DNA from: Anthoceros angustus
Lineage: Eukaryota; Plantae; Anthocerotophyta
Direction: 5' to 3'
Assembly: GCA_010909165.1 (NCBI GenBank)
Contig: VJWM01000151.1
Location: 434,001-498,000 of the forward strand
DNA length: 64,000 nt
Shown here: one piece after another, positions 38,901 to 49,695 of the stretch
Position numbering within the stretch: position 1 is the first letter of the stretch
Layout: every line of letters starts with the position of its first letter
The notes under the pieces: model-generated
What the model saw: the letters and a program-made list of their open reading frames with translations, nothing else
Told to the model about the DNA's origin: nothing
The model's database searches: none
Position numbers and translations under genes: made by a program

Positions 38901-39900
38901 ATGATCTTGGTGCTGCTGTGGCAGTCATTGCACATGCCTGGAGAAGGCACATGAAAGTGACATGATCTTGGTGCTGCTGTGGCAGTCATTGCACATGCCT
39001 GGAGAAGGCACATGAAAGTGACATGATCTGCTGGGGTGATGCCCTCTTTCTGCATGCTTGAAGAAGGCACATGAAAGTGACATGATCTTGGTGCTGCTGT
39101 GGCAGTCATTGCACATGCCTGGAGAAGGCACGCAAATGTGACATGATCTTGGTGCTGCTGTGGCAGTCATTGCACATGCCTGGAGAAGGCACACAAATGT
39201 GACATGATTCGCTGCAGCGCTGTCCATGTCACCACATCTGCTTCAAAACCCCTTTCACGAATCTGTGGTGAAGCTCCTTCCCGTGCTGCAGTGCTCCCAC
39301 ACTGCTGCACGCTTGGAGAAGGCACATGAAAGTGACATGATCTTGGTGCTGCTGTGGCAGTCATTGCACATGCGCAGATTTTGGTCACAAGCAATGTTGT
39401 GCCATCTGGCTGGACCCCTTGCTGAAGCATGTCCACAAGGCAACTGCCAAGGATTGGATCAGCCTCCAGGCCTCTTTGCGGATTTGCAAGTGAAGCTCCT
39501 TCCCGTGCTGCAGTGCTCCGACACTTGCACACGCATGAAGAAGGCACACAAATGTGACATGATCTTGGTGCTGCAGTGCTCCGACACTTGCACACGCATG
39601 AAGAAGGCACGCAAATGTGGGAGCCTTGCAGCAGGGCAAGGAGCTTCACTCACAGATTCAAGAGGCCTAGAGTCCGACATCTGCAGCAGCTGCCAATGCA
39701 TGCATCGCCCTCAAGGCCTCTTTGCGGATTTGCAAGTGAAGCTCCTTCCCCTGCTGCAATGCTCCCACACTGCTGCACGCTTGGAGAAGGCACATGAAAG
39801 TGACATGATCTGCTGGGGTGATGCCCTCTTTCTGCATGCTTGCATACAGAGCCAAAGCTTCCCGACCAGCCCTGCTGGAATATCCGGCAATCATGGCAGT
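35935..39900. other. Mosaic of 60-600 bp pieces of PPR genes A/C and their flank, joined at 9-12 bp microhomologies
   Basis: Junction overlaps: tctcaaggcgtg (35935), ctctggcaag (36423), tggcagctt (36516), gcagcttca (36829), ggaacaagag (37364), tctgatgca (37483), ttctacaag (37819). Cycling of gtgacatgat at 38900-39350. Confidence 0.85.
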
Positions 39901-41796
39901 CCATGTCACCACATCCCTCCTGGGCAGCTTGTCAAACACAAGACGTGCCTCTTCTACACTCCCACATTTTGAATACATGTCCACAAGGCAACTGCCAAGG
40001 ATTGGATCAGCCTCCAGGCCTCTTTCCCGGATCTGTGCGTGCACCTCCTTCCCGTGCTGCAGTGCTCCCACACTGGTGCATGCTTGAAGAAGACACACAA
40101 AAGTAACCTGATCGGCTGGAGTGAGTCCCTCCTTTTGCATGTCTTCATACAGAGACAGCGCTTCCCGACCAAGACCCTGCTGAGAATATCCTGCAATCAT
40201 GGCAGTCCATGTCACCACATCTCTCCTGCCCACGAGACCATCAAAGATCTTTCGTGCATCACCTAATGCCCCGCACTTGGCATACATATTGACCAAGGAA
40301 TTACCAATCACCACATCTGCTTCAAAACCCCTTTCACGAATCTGTAAGTGAACCTCTTTTCCTTGCTGCAGTGCTCCCACACTTGCACATGCCTGGAGAA
40401 GGCACGCAAATGTGACATGATTGGCTTCCACCATGCCCTCACGTTGCATCCTGCCATACAGGGCCAGGGCTTCTCCACCGAGCCCCTGCTGACAATATCC
40501 TGCGATCATGGCAGTCCATGTCACCACATCCCTACATAGTAAACTGTCAAACACTTTGCGGGCATCCTCCAAGCTCCCGCACTTGGCATACATATTCACT
40601 AAGTAGTTACCAATGGCTGCATCTGCTTCAAGCCCTCGTTCTCGAATCTGTGAGTGAAGCTCCTTCCCCTGCTGCAGTGCTCCGACACTTGCACACGCAT
40701 GAAGAAGGCACACAAATGTGACATGATTCGCTGCAGCGCTGCCTTCGTGTTGCATCCTTGCATACAGAGCTAGAGCTTCTCGCCCCAGCCCCTGGTGGCT
40801 GTATCCTGCAATCATGGCAGTCCAGGTCACTACATCTCTTCTGGACAAACCGTCAAACACTTTGCGAGCATCATCCAAGCTGCCACATTGAGCGTACATG
40901 TGCACCAGGCTGTTGCCAACGAAGACATCCACCTTGAAAGCAGTTGCCTGAATGTCAGCATGCACCTCCTTGCCCAAAATCAACTTCTTTGCAGCTGCAC
41001 ACGCCTTGAGAGCTGCCACGAAGACATGGCTGTCTGGCTCAACACCCGATTCTCGCATCTGCCGATAGAAGCTGATGGCCTGTAAGGGCTGTCCATGTCG
41101 GGCATGAGCCAAGATGATGGAAGACCACATGTAGATGCTGGGATTGGTCACCTGACCGAACACCTGCACGGCGTCCTCCAATTTGCCATGGGAAGCGTAC
41201 ATGCCAATGATGTGAGTGGCCAAGAATGCATTGGACCCGTGCCCCCTTCTGAGAGCAAGAGAATGAACAAGACTACCACTAACAAGATCTTTTTGTGCAA
41301 CGCACCTCTTGAGCACACGAGAGAAGAGAGTGTCGCTCACATAACATCCCCGCTGCACCAGCTCCTCCAGCGCCTCAACAGCCTGGCTCAGCTCTGCCCC
41401 CTCGCACCGCTTCAACAAGGTCTGCACTTCTGAGTCCTGGTCATAATCCCAACTGGCCAGCTGCGAGTCCACCCAAGCTGGCTTGTCAGAGTTGTTCAGC
41501 CACAGGGGCTCCCTGGAGGTCTTGTGCCTGAAGTCAGGATGCCGAGGGCTCTTCCTCTCCGGCCTGTTGTCCCACCACTCCCAGGGATTCGAGAAGAAGT
41601 GATGCCACAGCAGCTCCTGCCGTGCTTTCTGCGTCACTCCATCCGCGTACCCAGTGCTTGCACCAGAAACTGCCCCTGTACGGCGCTGCCCACGTAACCA
41701 AACGGGGCTGTCGTTGCTGTTGCCGAGCACACATCCTGCATCCTTCCAAGAAGAGCTCGGCTTGGCTGACAAACATAGCTCCAACTGCATCACCAT
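39667..41796 (-). CDS. Second copy of PPR gene A (open N-terminal 709 codons; C-terminus scrambled)
   Basis: Near-identical to 32560-34678; its 3' end runs into the mosaic. May be the same locus assembled twice. Confidence 0.7.
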   Translation of the reverse strand: MVMQLELCLSAKPSSSWKDAGCVLGNSNDSPVWLRGQRRTGAVSGASTGYADGVTQKARQELLWHHFFSNPWEWWDNRPERKSPRHPDFRHKTSREPLWLNNSDKPAWVDSQLASWDYDQDSEVQTLLKRCEGAELSQAVEALEELVQRGCYVSDTLFSRVLKRCVAQKDLVSGSLVHSLALRRGHGSNAFLATHIIGMYASHGKLEDAVQVFGQVTNPSIYMWSSIILAHARHGQPLQAISFYRQMRESGVEPDSHVFVAALKACAAAKKLILGKEVHADIQATAFKVDVFVGNSLVHMYAQCGSLDDARKVFDGLSRRDVVTWTAMIAGYSHQGLGREALALYARMQHEGSAAANHVTFVCLLHACASVGALQQGKELHSQIRERGLEADAAIGNYLVNMYAKCGSLEDARKVFDSLLCRDVVTWTAMIAGYCQQGLGGEALALYGRMQREGMVEANHVTFACLLQACASVGALQQGKEVHLQIRERGFEADVVIGNSLVNMYAKCGALGDARKIFDGLVGRRDVVTWTAMIAGYSQQGLGREALSLYEDMQKEGLTPADQVTFVCLLQACTSVGALQHGKEVHAQIRERGLEADPILGSCLVDMYSKCGSVEEARLVFDKLPRRDVVTWTAMIAGYSSRAGREALALYASMQKEGITPADHVTFMCLLQACSSVGALQQGKELHLQIRKEALRAMHALAAAADVGL

Positions 41797-42252
41797 GGTT
41801 CGCCTTATTGGGTCCGCACTTCATCAGGCACATGGGCTTCTGGTCCTGGGGGCTGCCATGCTGCAGCCTTGCAGAAGATGGATGCACAATTCACATACCT
41901 ACTCCAACATCTCTTCCACGTACAAGTCCGCCCTTGCAGCTACAAGAAAAAGGTTGGCAAGAATGAGTCTTCTCGCAAATGAGACCAGACACAGTCATCG
42001 TGAATGTTCATCGTTGTTTTGGATTCCTTACATCTCCTAATCCTATTGGACGACGGTGTGTGCAATCTCGGAAGTGTTTTTTCGAGCGACAATAACTGAC
42101 GGGAAATGTGACACCAAATAAATCTGGTCGATAGCTTTCTTCCCAGCCATATCCGTTTTCGGATGATGACTTGTGAGGAGCTTGGCTGCACAATGTCAAT
42201 GTACAGACATGCGGTGATGCAGCTGCGGTTGCAGTAGGAGCAATCGCTGGAC

Positions 42253-45200
42253 ATGGCATTTGCGGAGGCGGTCTCCCACTGTTCCACAATGTTGTCTGCA
42301 AAGCCAAATTCTCCTTGCATGGATGCAGGATGTGTGTTCCGAAATGGCCCAACTGGGCGATCGGGGAAGTATGATGCACGCCCAGCTTGCTGTGCGAGCA
42401 CCTCCGTCACCGAAGGAGTGACACAGAAAGAGCGGCAGGAGCTCCTGTGGCACCACTTCTTCTCCTACCCCTGGGAATGGTGGGACAACAGGCCAGAGAG
42501 AAAACGAAGCCCCCGCCATCCTGACTTCAGGCACAAGACGTCCAAGGAGCCCCTGTGGCTGAGCAACTCTGACAAGCCGGCTTGGGTGGACTCGCAGCTA
42601 GCCAGCCGGGATTTACAGGTAGCCAGGGGACCCGGGTCTGGTGACCAGGGCTCAGAAGTGCAGAGCTTGTTGGTGCGGTGCGAGGAGGCAGAGCTGAGCC
42701 AGGCTGTTGAGGCGTTGGACCGGCTGGTCCAGCAGGGATTTTATGTCAGCGACAATCTCTTCTCTCGTGTCCTCAAGAGGTGCGTGGCACAAAAGGACCT
42801 TGTTTGTGGTAGGCGCGTCCATTCTCTTGCTCTCAGAAGGGGATGCGGGTCCAATGCATTCTTGGCCACTCACATCATTGGCATGTACGCTTCCCATGGC
42901 AAATTGGAGGACGCCGTGCAGGTGTTCAGTCAAGTGACCAATCCCAGCGTCTACATGTGGTCTTCCATCATCTTGGCGCATGCCCGACATGGACAACCCT
43001 TGCAGGCAATCAACTTCTATCGACAGATGCGAGAGTCAGGTGTTGAGCCAGACAGCCATGTCTTTGTTGCAGCTCTCAAGGCGTGTGCCTCCGCAGAGGA
43101 CCTGGTCTCTGGCAAGGAAGTGCATGCTGACATTCAGGCCGTTGCTGGCAAGGCAGATGGTTTCGTGGGCAACAGCCTGGTGAACATGTACGCCAAATGT
43201 GGCAGCTTAGATGAAGCTCGGAAGGTGTTTGACAGTTTGCCCAAGAAGGATGTGGTGACATGGACTGCCATGATCGCAGGATATAGTCAGCAGGGGCTTG
43301 GGCGACAAGCCCTAGCTCTGTATGCAAATATGGAGGATGAGGGCATCACTCCAGCTAATCATGTCACGTTTGTGTGCCTTCTTCAAGCCTGCGCAAGTGT
43401 TGAAGCGTTGCAGCAAGGAAAGCAGCTTCACTCACAGATTCGTGAACGAGGCCTTGAGGGAGATGCAGTCATTGGTAACTGCTTGGTGAACATGTATGCA
43501 AAATGTGGAAGTTTGGAAGACGCTCGCCAAGTCTTCGACAATTTGCCCAGGAGAGATGTGGTGACTTGGACTGCCATGATAGCAGGGTATGCTCAGAAAG
43601 GGCTCGGTCCTGAAGCCCTTGCCCTCTATGCTAGTATGCAAAGGGAGGGCATCACTCCTGCGGATCATGTTACTTTCGTGTGCCTCCTTCAGGCCTTTGC
43701 AAATGTGGGAGCCCTCCAACAGGGGAAAGAGCTCCACTCACAGATTCGGGAAAGGGGACTGGAAGCCAATCCACTCATTGGTAACTGCTTGGTGAACATG
43801 TATGCAAAATGTGGCAGCTTAGATGAAGCTCGGAAGGTGTTTGACAGTTTGCCCAAGAAGGATGTGGTGACATGGACTGCCATGATCGCAGGATATAGTC
43901 AGCAGGGGCTTGGGCGACAAGCCCTAGCTCTGCAAATAATGGAGGATGAGGGCATCACTCCAGCTAATCATGTCACGTTTGTGTGCCTTCTTCAAGCCTG
44001 CGCAAGTGTTGAAGCGTTGCAGCAAGGAAAGCAGCTTCACTCACAGATTCGTGAACGAGGCCTTGAGGGAGATGCAGTCATTGGTAACTGCTTGGTGAAC
44101 ATGTATGCAAAATGTGGAAGTTTGGAAGACGCTCGCCAAGTCTTCGACAATTTGCCCAGGAGAGATGTGGTGACTTGGACTGCCATGATAGCAGGGTATG
44201 CTCAGAAAGGGCTCGGTCCTGAAGCCCTTGCCCTCTATGCTAGTATGCAAAGGGAGGGCATCACTCCTGCGGATCATGTTACTTTCGTGTGCCTCCTTCA
44301 GGCCTTTGCAAATGTGGGAGCCCTCCAACAGGGGAAAGAGCTCCACTCACAGATTCGGGAAAGGGGACTGGAAGCCAATCCACTCATTGGTAACTGCTTA
44401 GTGACCATGTTTGCAAAGTGCGGTAGCTTGGATGATGCTCGAAAGGTGTTTGACAGTCTTCCCAGGAGAGATGTGGTGACGTGGACTGCAATGATTGCTG
44501 GTTATTCTCAGCAAGGGCTTGGGCGAGAAGCTTTGGCTCTGTATGCAAGCATGGAACAAGAGGGCATCACTCCTGCAAATAATGTTACATTTGTGTGCAT
44601 TCTTCAGGCATGTGCAAGTGTGGGAGCACTCCAGCAGGGGAAGCAGATTCACTCACAGGTCCGCGAAAGACGCCTTGAATCTGATGCAGCCATCGGTAAC
44701 TGCTTGGTGAATATGTATGCTAAGTGTGGGAGCTTGAGGGATGCTCGCAAGGTCTTTGACAATTTGCCTAGCAGGGATGTGGTGAGCTGGACTGCCATGA
44801 TTGCAGGATATTCTCAGCAAGGCCTTGGCAAAGAAGCTCTTTCTCTGTATGCATCTATGCAAAAGGAGGGCATTACCCCAGCCGATCATGTAACTTTTGT
44901 GTGCCTTCTACAAGCATGCGCCAGTGTGGGAGCCTTGCAGCAGGGCAAGGAGCTTCACTCACAGATTCGGGGAAGAGGCCTAGAGTCCGACACATTCGTT
45001 GGCAGCTGCCTAGTGGATATGTATTGCAAATGTGGGAGTGTGGATGAAGCCCGCGAAGTCTTTGACAGTTTGCCCAAGAGAGATGTTGTGACTTGGACTG
45101 CAATGATTTCTGGATATTCTCAGCAGGGAATGGGTAGAGAAGCCCTGGCTCTGTACGCAGGTATGCAAAAGGAGGGCATTACTCCAGCAGACCATGTTAC

Positions 45201-46302
45201 TTTTATGTGCCTGCTGCAAGCATGCGGTTGTGTTGGGGCACTGCAGCAGGGAAAGGAGCTTCACTTACAGATTCGGAAAAGGGGGCTTGAGTCTGATGCT
45301 TGCATTGGCAGCTCCCTGGTGGCCATGTATTCAAAATGTGGCAGTTTGGAAGATGCCCGCCAAGTGTTTGATGGATTACCCTCAAGAAATTTGGTGACCT
45401 GGACTGCGCTGCTCAATGGGTACGCTGAGCATAATGATGGACACATGGCAATCAAGTGCTTCGAAGACATGCTTCAGCAAGGGGTTCAGCCAGATGAGAC
45501 GACTTTCATATGTCTCCTTGTGGCATGCAGTCATGCAGGCCTGGTGGATGAGGGCCAACGATATTTCAGGATGATGGTTGATGACCATGGAATTGTGCCC
45601 TCGGATCATCACCACAGTTGCATGGTTGATCTCCTAGGCCGGTCCGGCAAACTGGACGAGGCGGAAGATCTGTTGCGAAGCACATTATTCAATGATGTTG
45701 TGGGCTGGACGGCTTTGCTAAGTGCTTGCAAAGGCCACGGTGACTTAGATCGTGGTCTTAGGTGCTTTGACCGCCTGGTAGAATTAGCACCTGATCTGGC
45801 AAGTTCTTATGTGCTGTTGGGGAACCTATACGCAAATGCGGGCAGGTGGAATGATGTGGATAGGATAGAAAGCTTGAGAAAGTCAGCGGGTGCCATGAAG
45901 AAGGCCGCGAAGGCATGCATTGAAGTGAGAAAAGAGGTGCACGAGTTCACCGTAGGGGAAGAAAGATCAGACATTTCATCGAAGGTGAAGAGTGTGAACA
46001 CGAGGTTGAAGGAGGAAGGAGGCCATGTCCCACAAACACAGCTGGTGCTGAAGGCAGTGTCTGAGCAAGAGAAAGAGGATGCCTTGTGTGGACATGCAGA
46101 AAAACTGGCCCTGGCGTATGGACTGCTGAACACGCCAGATGGCTCAACCTTGGTAGTGACAAAAAATCTTCGTATGTGCAATGACTGCCACAGCAGCACA
46201 AAGATCATGTCACGTCTAGAAAACCGAGATATCGTTGTGAGGGATGCACACCGAGTACATCTATTCAAGGACGGGGCTTGTTCCTGTAGAGATGGGCATT
46301 GA
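42253..46302 (+). CDS. PLS-class PPR-E-DYW protein C (1349 aa, ends CSCRDGH)
   Basis: Single open ORF: N-terminal WWDNR..PDFRHK motif, a long PLS array, E domain, KKAAKACIEV, HAEKLA, CNDCH. Confidence 0.93.
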   Translation: MAFAEAVSHCSTMLSAKPNSPCMDAGCVFRNGPTGRSGKYDARPACCASTSVTEGVTQKERQELLWHHFFSYPWEWWDNRPERKRSPRHPDFRHKTSKEPLWLSNSDKPAWVDSQLASRDLQVARGPGSGDQGSEVQSLLVRCEEAELSQAVEALDRLVQQGFYVSDNLFSRVLKRCVAQKDLVCGRRVHSLALRRGCGSNAFLATHIIGMYASHGKLEDAVQVFSQVTNPSVYMWSSIILAHARHGQPLQAINFYRQMRESGVEPDSHVFVAALKACASAEDLVSGKEVHADIQAVAGKADGFVGNSLVNMYAKCGSLDEARKVFDSLPKKDVVTWTAMIAGYSQQGLGRQALALYANMEDEGITPANHVTFVCLLQACASVEALQQGKQLHSQIRERGLEGDAVIGNCLVNMYAKCGSLEDARQVFDNLPRRDVVTWTAMIAGYAQKGLGPEALALYASMQREGITPADHVTFVCLLQAFANVGALQQGKELHSQIRERGLEANPLIGNCLVNMYAKCGSLDEARKVFDSLPKKDVVTWTAMIAGYSQQGLGRQALALQIMEDEGITPANHVTFVCLLQACASVEALQQGKQLHSQIRERGLEGDAVIGNCLVNMYAKCGSLEDARQVFDNLPRRDVVTWTAMIAGYAQKGLGPEALALYASMQREGITPADHVTFVCLLQAFANVGALQQGKELHSQIRERGLEANPLIGNCLVTMFAKCGSLDDARKVFDSLPRRDVVTWTAMIAGYSQQGLGREALALYASMEQEGITPANNVTFVCILQACASVGALQQGKQIHSQVRERRLESDAAIGNCLVNMYAKCGSLRDARKVFDNLPSRDVVSWTAMIAGYSQQGLGKEALSLYASMQKEGITPADHVTFVCLLQACASVGALQQGKELHSQIRGRGLESDTFVGSCLVDMYCKCGSVDEAREVFDSLPKRDVVTWTAMISGYSQQGMGREALALYAGMQKEGITPADHVTFMCLLQACGCVGALQQGKELHLQIRKRGLESDACIGSSLVAMYSKCGSLEDARQVFDGLPSRNLVTWTALLNGYAEHNDGHMAIKCFEDMLQQGVQPDETTFICLLVACSHAGLVDEGQRYFRMMVDDHGIVPSDHHHSCMVDLLGRSGKLDEAEDLLRSTLFNDVVGWTALLSACKGHGDLDRGLRCFDRLVELAPDLASSYVLLGNLYANAGRWNDVDRIESLRKSAGAMKKAAKACIEVRKEVHEFTVGEERSDISSKVKSVNTRLKEEGGHVPQTQLVLKAVSEQEKEDALCGHAEKLALAYGLLNTPDGSTLVVTKNLRMCNDCHSSTKIMSRLENRDIVVRDAHRVHLFKDGACSCRDGH

Positions 46303-46579
46303 AGAATCCATCGAGCTTGAAACCTATGCTTGTAGTTGATGGGTGTAATTAGTCGAGCCCAGTTCCAAAACTATGGCGGATATGCCGCCCATGACCTATG
46401 TCACTTGATTATTGGTTACATAGGCATCCACATATATATTACCTGGAGGCTGCGAGAGCACCATTCAATGGTCGTGCTCTGGCCACTTTATCACCCAGCG
46501 TTCTCACATAGCGTCTCAAATAGCTCTTGTCGGCAGCGGCATTATTTGCATTTGCATTACAACTTGTTCTAAGATTAAA

Positions 46580-48360
46580 CCATTGTAATGCCTTCAACAC
46601 TGTGTCTAGGGCTATCATTTTCTCGGAACTCAATGATGAGGTGGGCACCTAGCGGGCTTCATTCCATTTGTTCACTCCTTCTACAGTTCTCCGTCCAATC
46701 TCTACTATCAACATGGTCCAGCTACGGAAGGTGTTTCGGCTCTCCACTCGGCGACGGGCACAAGGCAAGGGGATCCATTGGGAGGCGCCCTCCTCGCCAT
46801 GGCGCACTTTAGGGCGCTGTCCTCCACAGCCTCTGCAGTTCGGGAGTGCCTTTTCCCATCCGTGGCTGACGAATACCCATATCCTCGGGCCAGGGGACAA
46901 GGTGAGGGCTACCTTTGATCTTTTCTCCTTGGAGCTCTCCCGTATGGGATTAAGGGTCAAGATCGATAAGTGTAGGGTGTAGTCCCCTTCCGGCAATAAA
47001 CCCCCTCTTCACTATCCAGGGGGATATTATTCTCCGCAAGGGCTTCAGGTCCTCAGAGTTCCGCTGGGTCCCCCTAACTTTATTCAAGGGTTTGTGGACG
47101 TGGCTCTGGAAAAAGACCTGGCTTACATTGGGGACCTTTCACAAATTGGGGACCCTTAGGTTGCGTTTGGTATTTTGTCTTCCTGCTTCGCACGTCGACC
47201 AGGTTATCTTACTAGGATGGTTGCTCCATCCCCGACCTTTTTATCAAACTTGAGGCATTTTGATAAGCAGGTTATGCAGGCGCTTGGGGATATTATAGGT
47301 CCCGGCACCTTCGAATGCGCCGACGGTGACTTGGCACAGAAACAAGCATCATTGCCAGTGGCCTTTGGAGGCACTAGCTTGCTGGCCATGGAGGCCTCAG
47401 CTCCGGCCTCGGGAGTTGGGCCCTCTGTGCCCCAATTTGGCCTCTCGATTCTTAATGCAGACTCCCTCCCGGTCTTGGGCCGCTGTGTTCTGTGGAAGGG
47501 GCATGCTCTGCTTTTGGCTCGGCCTTGCATTCCAGCGTTCCAAATCGCACCAGCGTCCTTTTCGACCGCGATGAGGGTCCGCCTCGGTTTGGCTCATTCT
47601 TTGGCCTCTTCTCTTTCCACGTGCAGTTGTGGAGCTGCCATCGACAATTCCGGATCCCATTTGGCCCGTTGTCCCGTGGGGGGGCAACGTATTGCTATGC
47701 ATGATGCCGTTCTCGACGTCATGTTTTCGATAACTATGCAGAGCGGATTTTTTCCGTACCGGGAGCGCCCATATATATTGTGTAATGCCGTGTCACTCAA
47801 GGCGGACTTTTTTTATACTAGGGGGGAGCAAATTTATATCGTTGATGTGGTTGTCACGGATCCCACGAGAGACTCTAAAAGCGAGCATGTCATCATCAAC
47901 CCCCTGGGCTGGGCGGCGGGCTTGTGCAACTAGCAAGACTCACAAGTACTCTCCTATGCAAGACGGCCATGTTTTCATCCCCCTCGCCCTCGAGACTCAT
48001 GGGGCTATGGGCAAGGACTTCTCTAGGTTAATTAAGGAGTGTGCAAAAGCCTATCACAGCCACAAGAATTGGAGGGGCCTCCCCCCTTCCTCCGTGGTGG
48101 CTTTCTTTCGCCAACGGGTTTCCATAGCTCGCAGAAGCGGCTAACATTTATAGGGACTCGTGCGCAGCGGGACTAACTTCTTCGCACCGGTGGTAGGTAG
48201 GCCCTTCATCATCCCTGATCACGACGATATCCTTGGTGCAGTAGGTAGTTACGGGAAAGGCATTCGAGCTAGTCCTTCCCCTTTTACTATTAGCCCTTTT
48301 CGGGTTGTTCCTCCTTGGTCTTCAGTGGTAGATGGGATTCCCCATCTCGCCTATTAATAA
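46580..48360 (+). mobile_element. 5'-truncated, degenerate non-LTR retrotransposon with restriction-like endonuclease (CRE-like clade)
   Basis: RT motifs CNAFNTVSR (~46584), GTRQGDPLGG (~46756), FPSVAD (~46855), GLRVKIDKC; CSCG..HLARC knuckle, MHDAV, KADF..IVDVVVTDP, KY..FIPLALETHG (47600-48010). Confidence 0.82.
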
Positions 48361-48709
48361 CGTCTACTCTTCACTTATTTAATGACACGAACATTATACA
48401 TGAAGATCAATATGATTAATGTCATCATTTGATTACTTGAGTTTATCTATATAAACATACTTTTTATTAATTTGGTATGTTGAAACTCTGTCATTCACCA
48501 AAGGCATAAAAAGAATGAAGCGATATTGATATTATGATAACTTTCATCTTTGGAGATAAGATCTTGACTACCAAAATGTTACATAGAGCACCATCATGAA
48601 AGAGAAGTAACAATCTCAACAACCTACAAATGTGTGTCCAAATGGCTTAGGCCAAATGGACACACATTCATCAGAACGCCGTGATTAAGCATCCTGAGCG
48701 TAGAGAGCT

Positions 48710-48915
48710 TAGATTTTAGATCGGTACTTAGATGGGGTGCCTAAAGGGAGTGGATGCCCTTGGTGCAAGTAGCTTAGCTCACCATGGTACAAGTTGTTAA
48801 GTACCAAGTCCCTAGATTTTAGATCGGTACTTAGATGGGGTGCCTAAAGGGAGTGGATGCCCTTGGTGCAAGTAGCTTAGCTCACCATGGTACAAGTTGT
48901 TAAGTACCAAGTCCC
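48710..48915. repeat. 103-bp direct tandem duplication within a 5S-like element
   Basis: tagattttagatcggtacttagatgggg...gtaccaagtccc occurs at 48710 and 48813. Confidence 0.9.
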
Positions 48916-49695
48916 ATGACGGAAATTCGTCCTTAGTGGACTTAAATAGAGTTTTTCTTCTTCTTCTTCTACACACTTGCCTATCCATAGGATAGAGTTC
49001 TTCTTCTTCTACACAATTGCCTATTCATAGGCTCTTAAGGGCAACGTCAAGTAATTGTAAACATAGTATAATATTTTTATCTATTATTTTTTCCTTCTTC
49101 CCTATTGAAGCATTAATTAAAATTACTATACCACTAAGTAAAATATATCTGTCAACAAGAATAAGATTAATATTCTACTTATACCAATACCTGTAGGTAT
49201 ATAATCCTAAACCCTTTACTTCCTATCTCAAAAGGTAACTCCTATGGAATATCGATCTGGTCACTCAGCTTCGTGTGTGACTTTGTTTTTTTTTTGGGTG
49301 TATGCTATGGAAATATACCACGACATCTTTCAGATACTTGCATACAATATTCGTGTAATACATACCACATCAGCTTCCATAGGTTCGTACATGGAATTGC
49401 CACAACCATGAATGAATTTCTCTTGTATAATTAGGCATTGTGAATGAAGTTCTTCTGTATCATTGGATCATTCAGAATTATCATAGGACTTCTAAAGGTA
49501 TCTGTGGCGGTATATGTAGGTGTGGCACAAACACCTAGCAGGCTATGCTGCTGAGAATTAAGGGCATGGCCATAGATACACGGAAATGCCCTTAATTAGG
49601 TCTACAATGGAAGTTATCGATGTCCGATCCCTGCGAGCAACATATCTGACCGGGGCGAAAGGAGGTCCCAAAGCACACGAGGGTCTCACCGTTTC

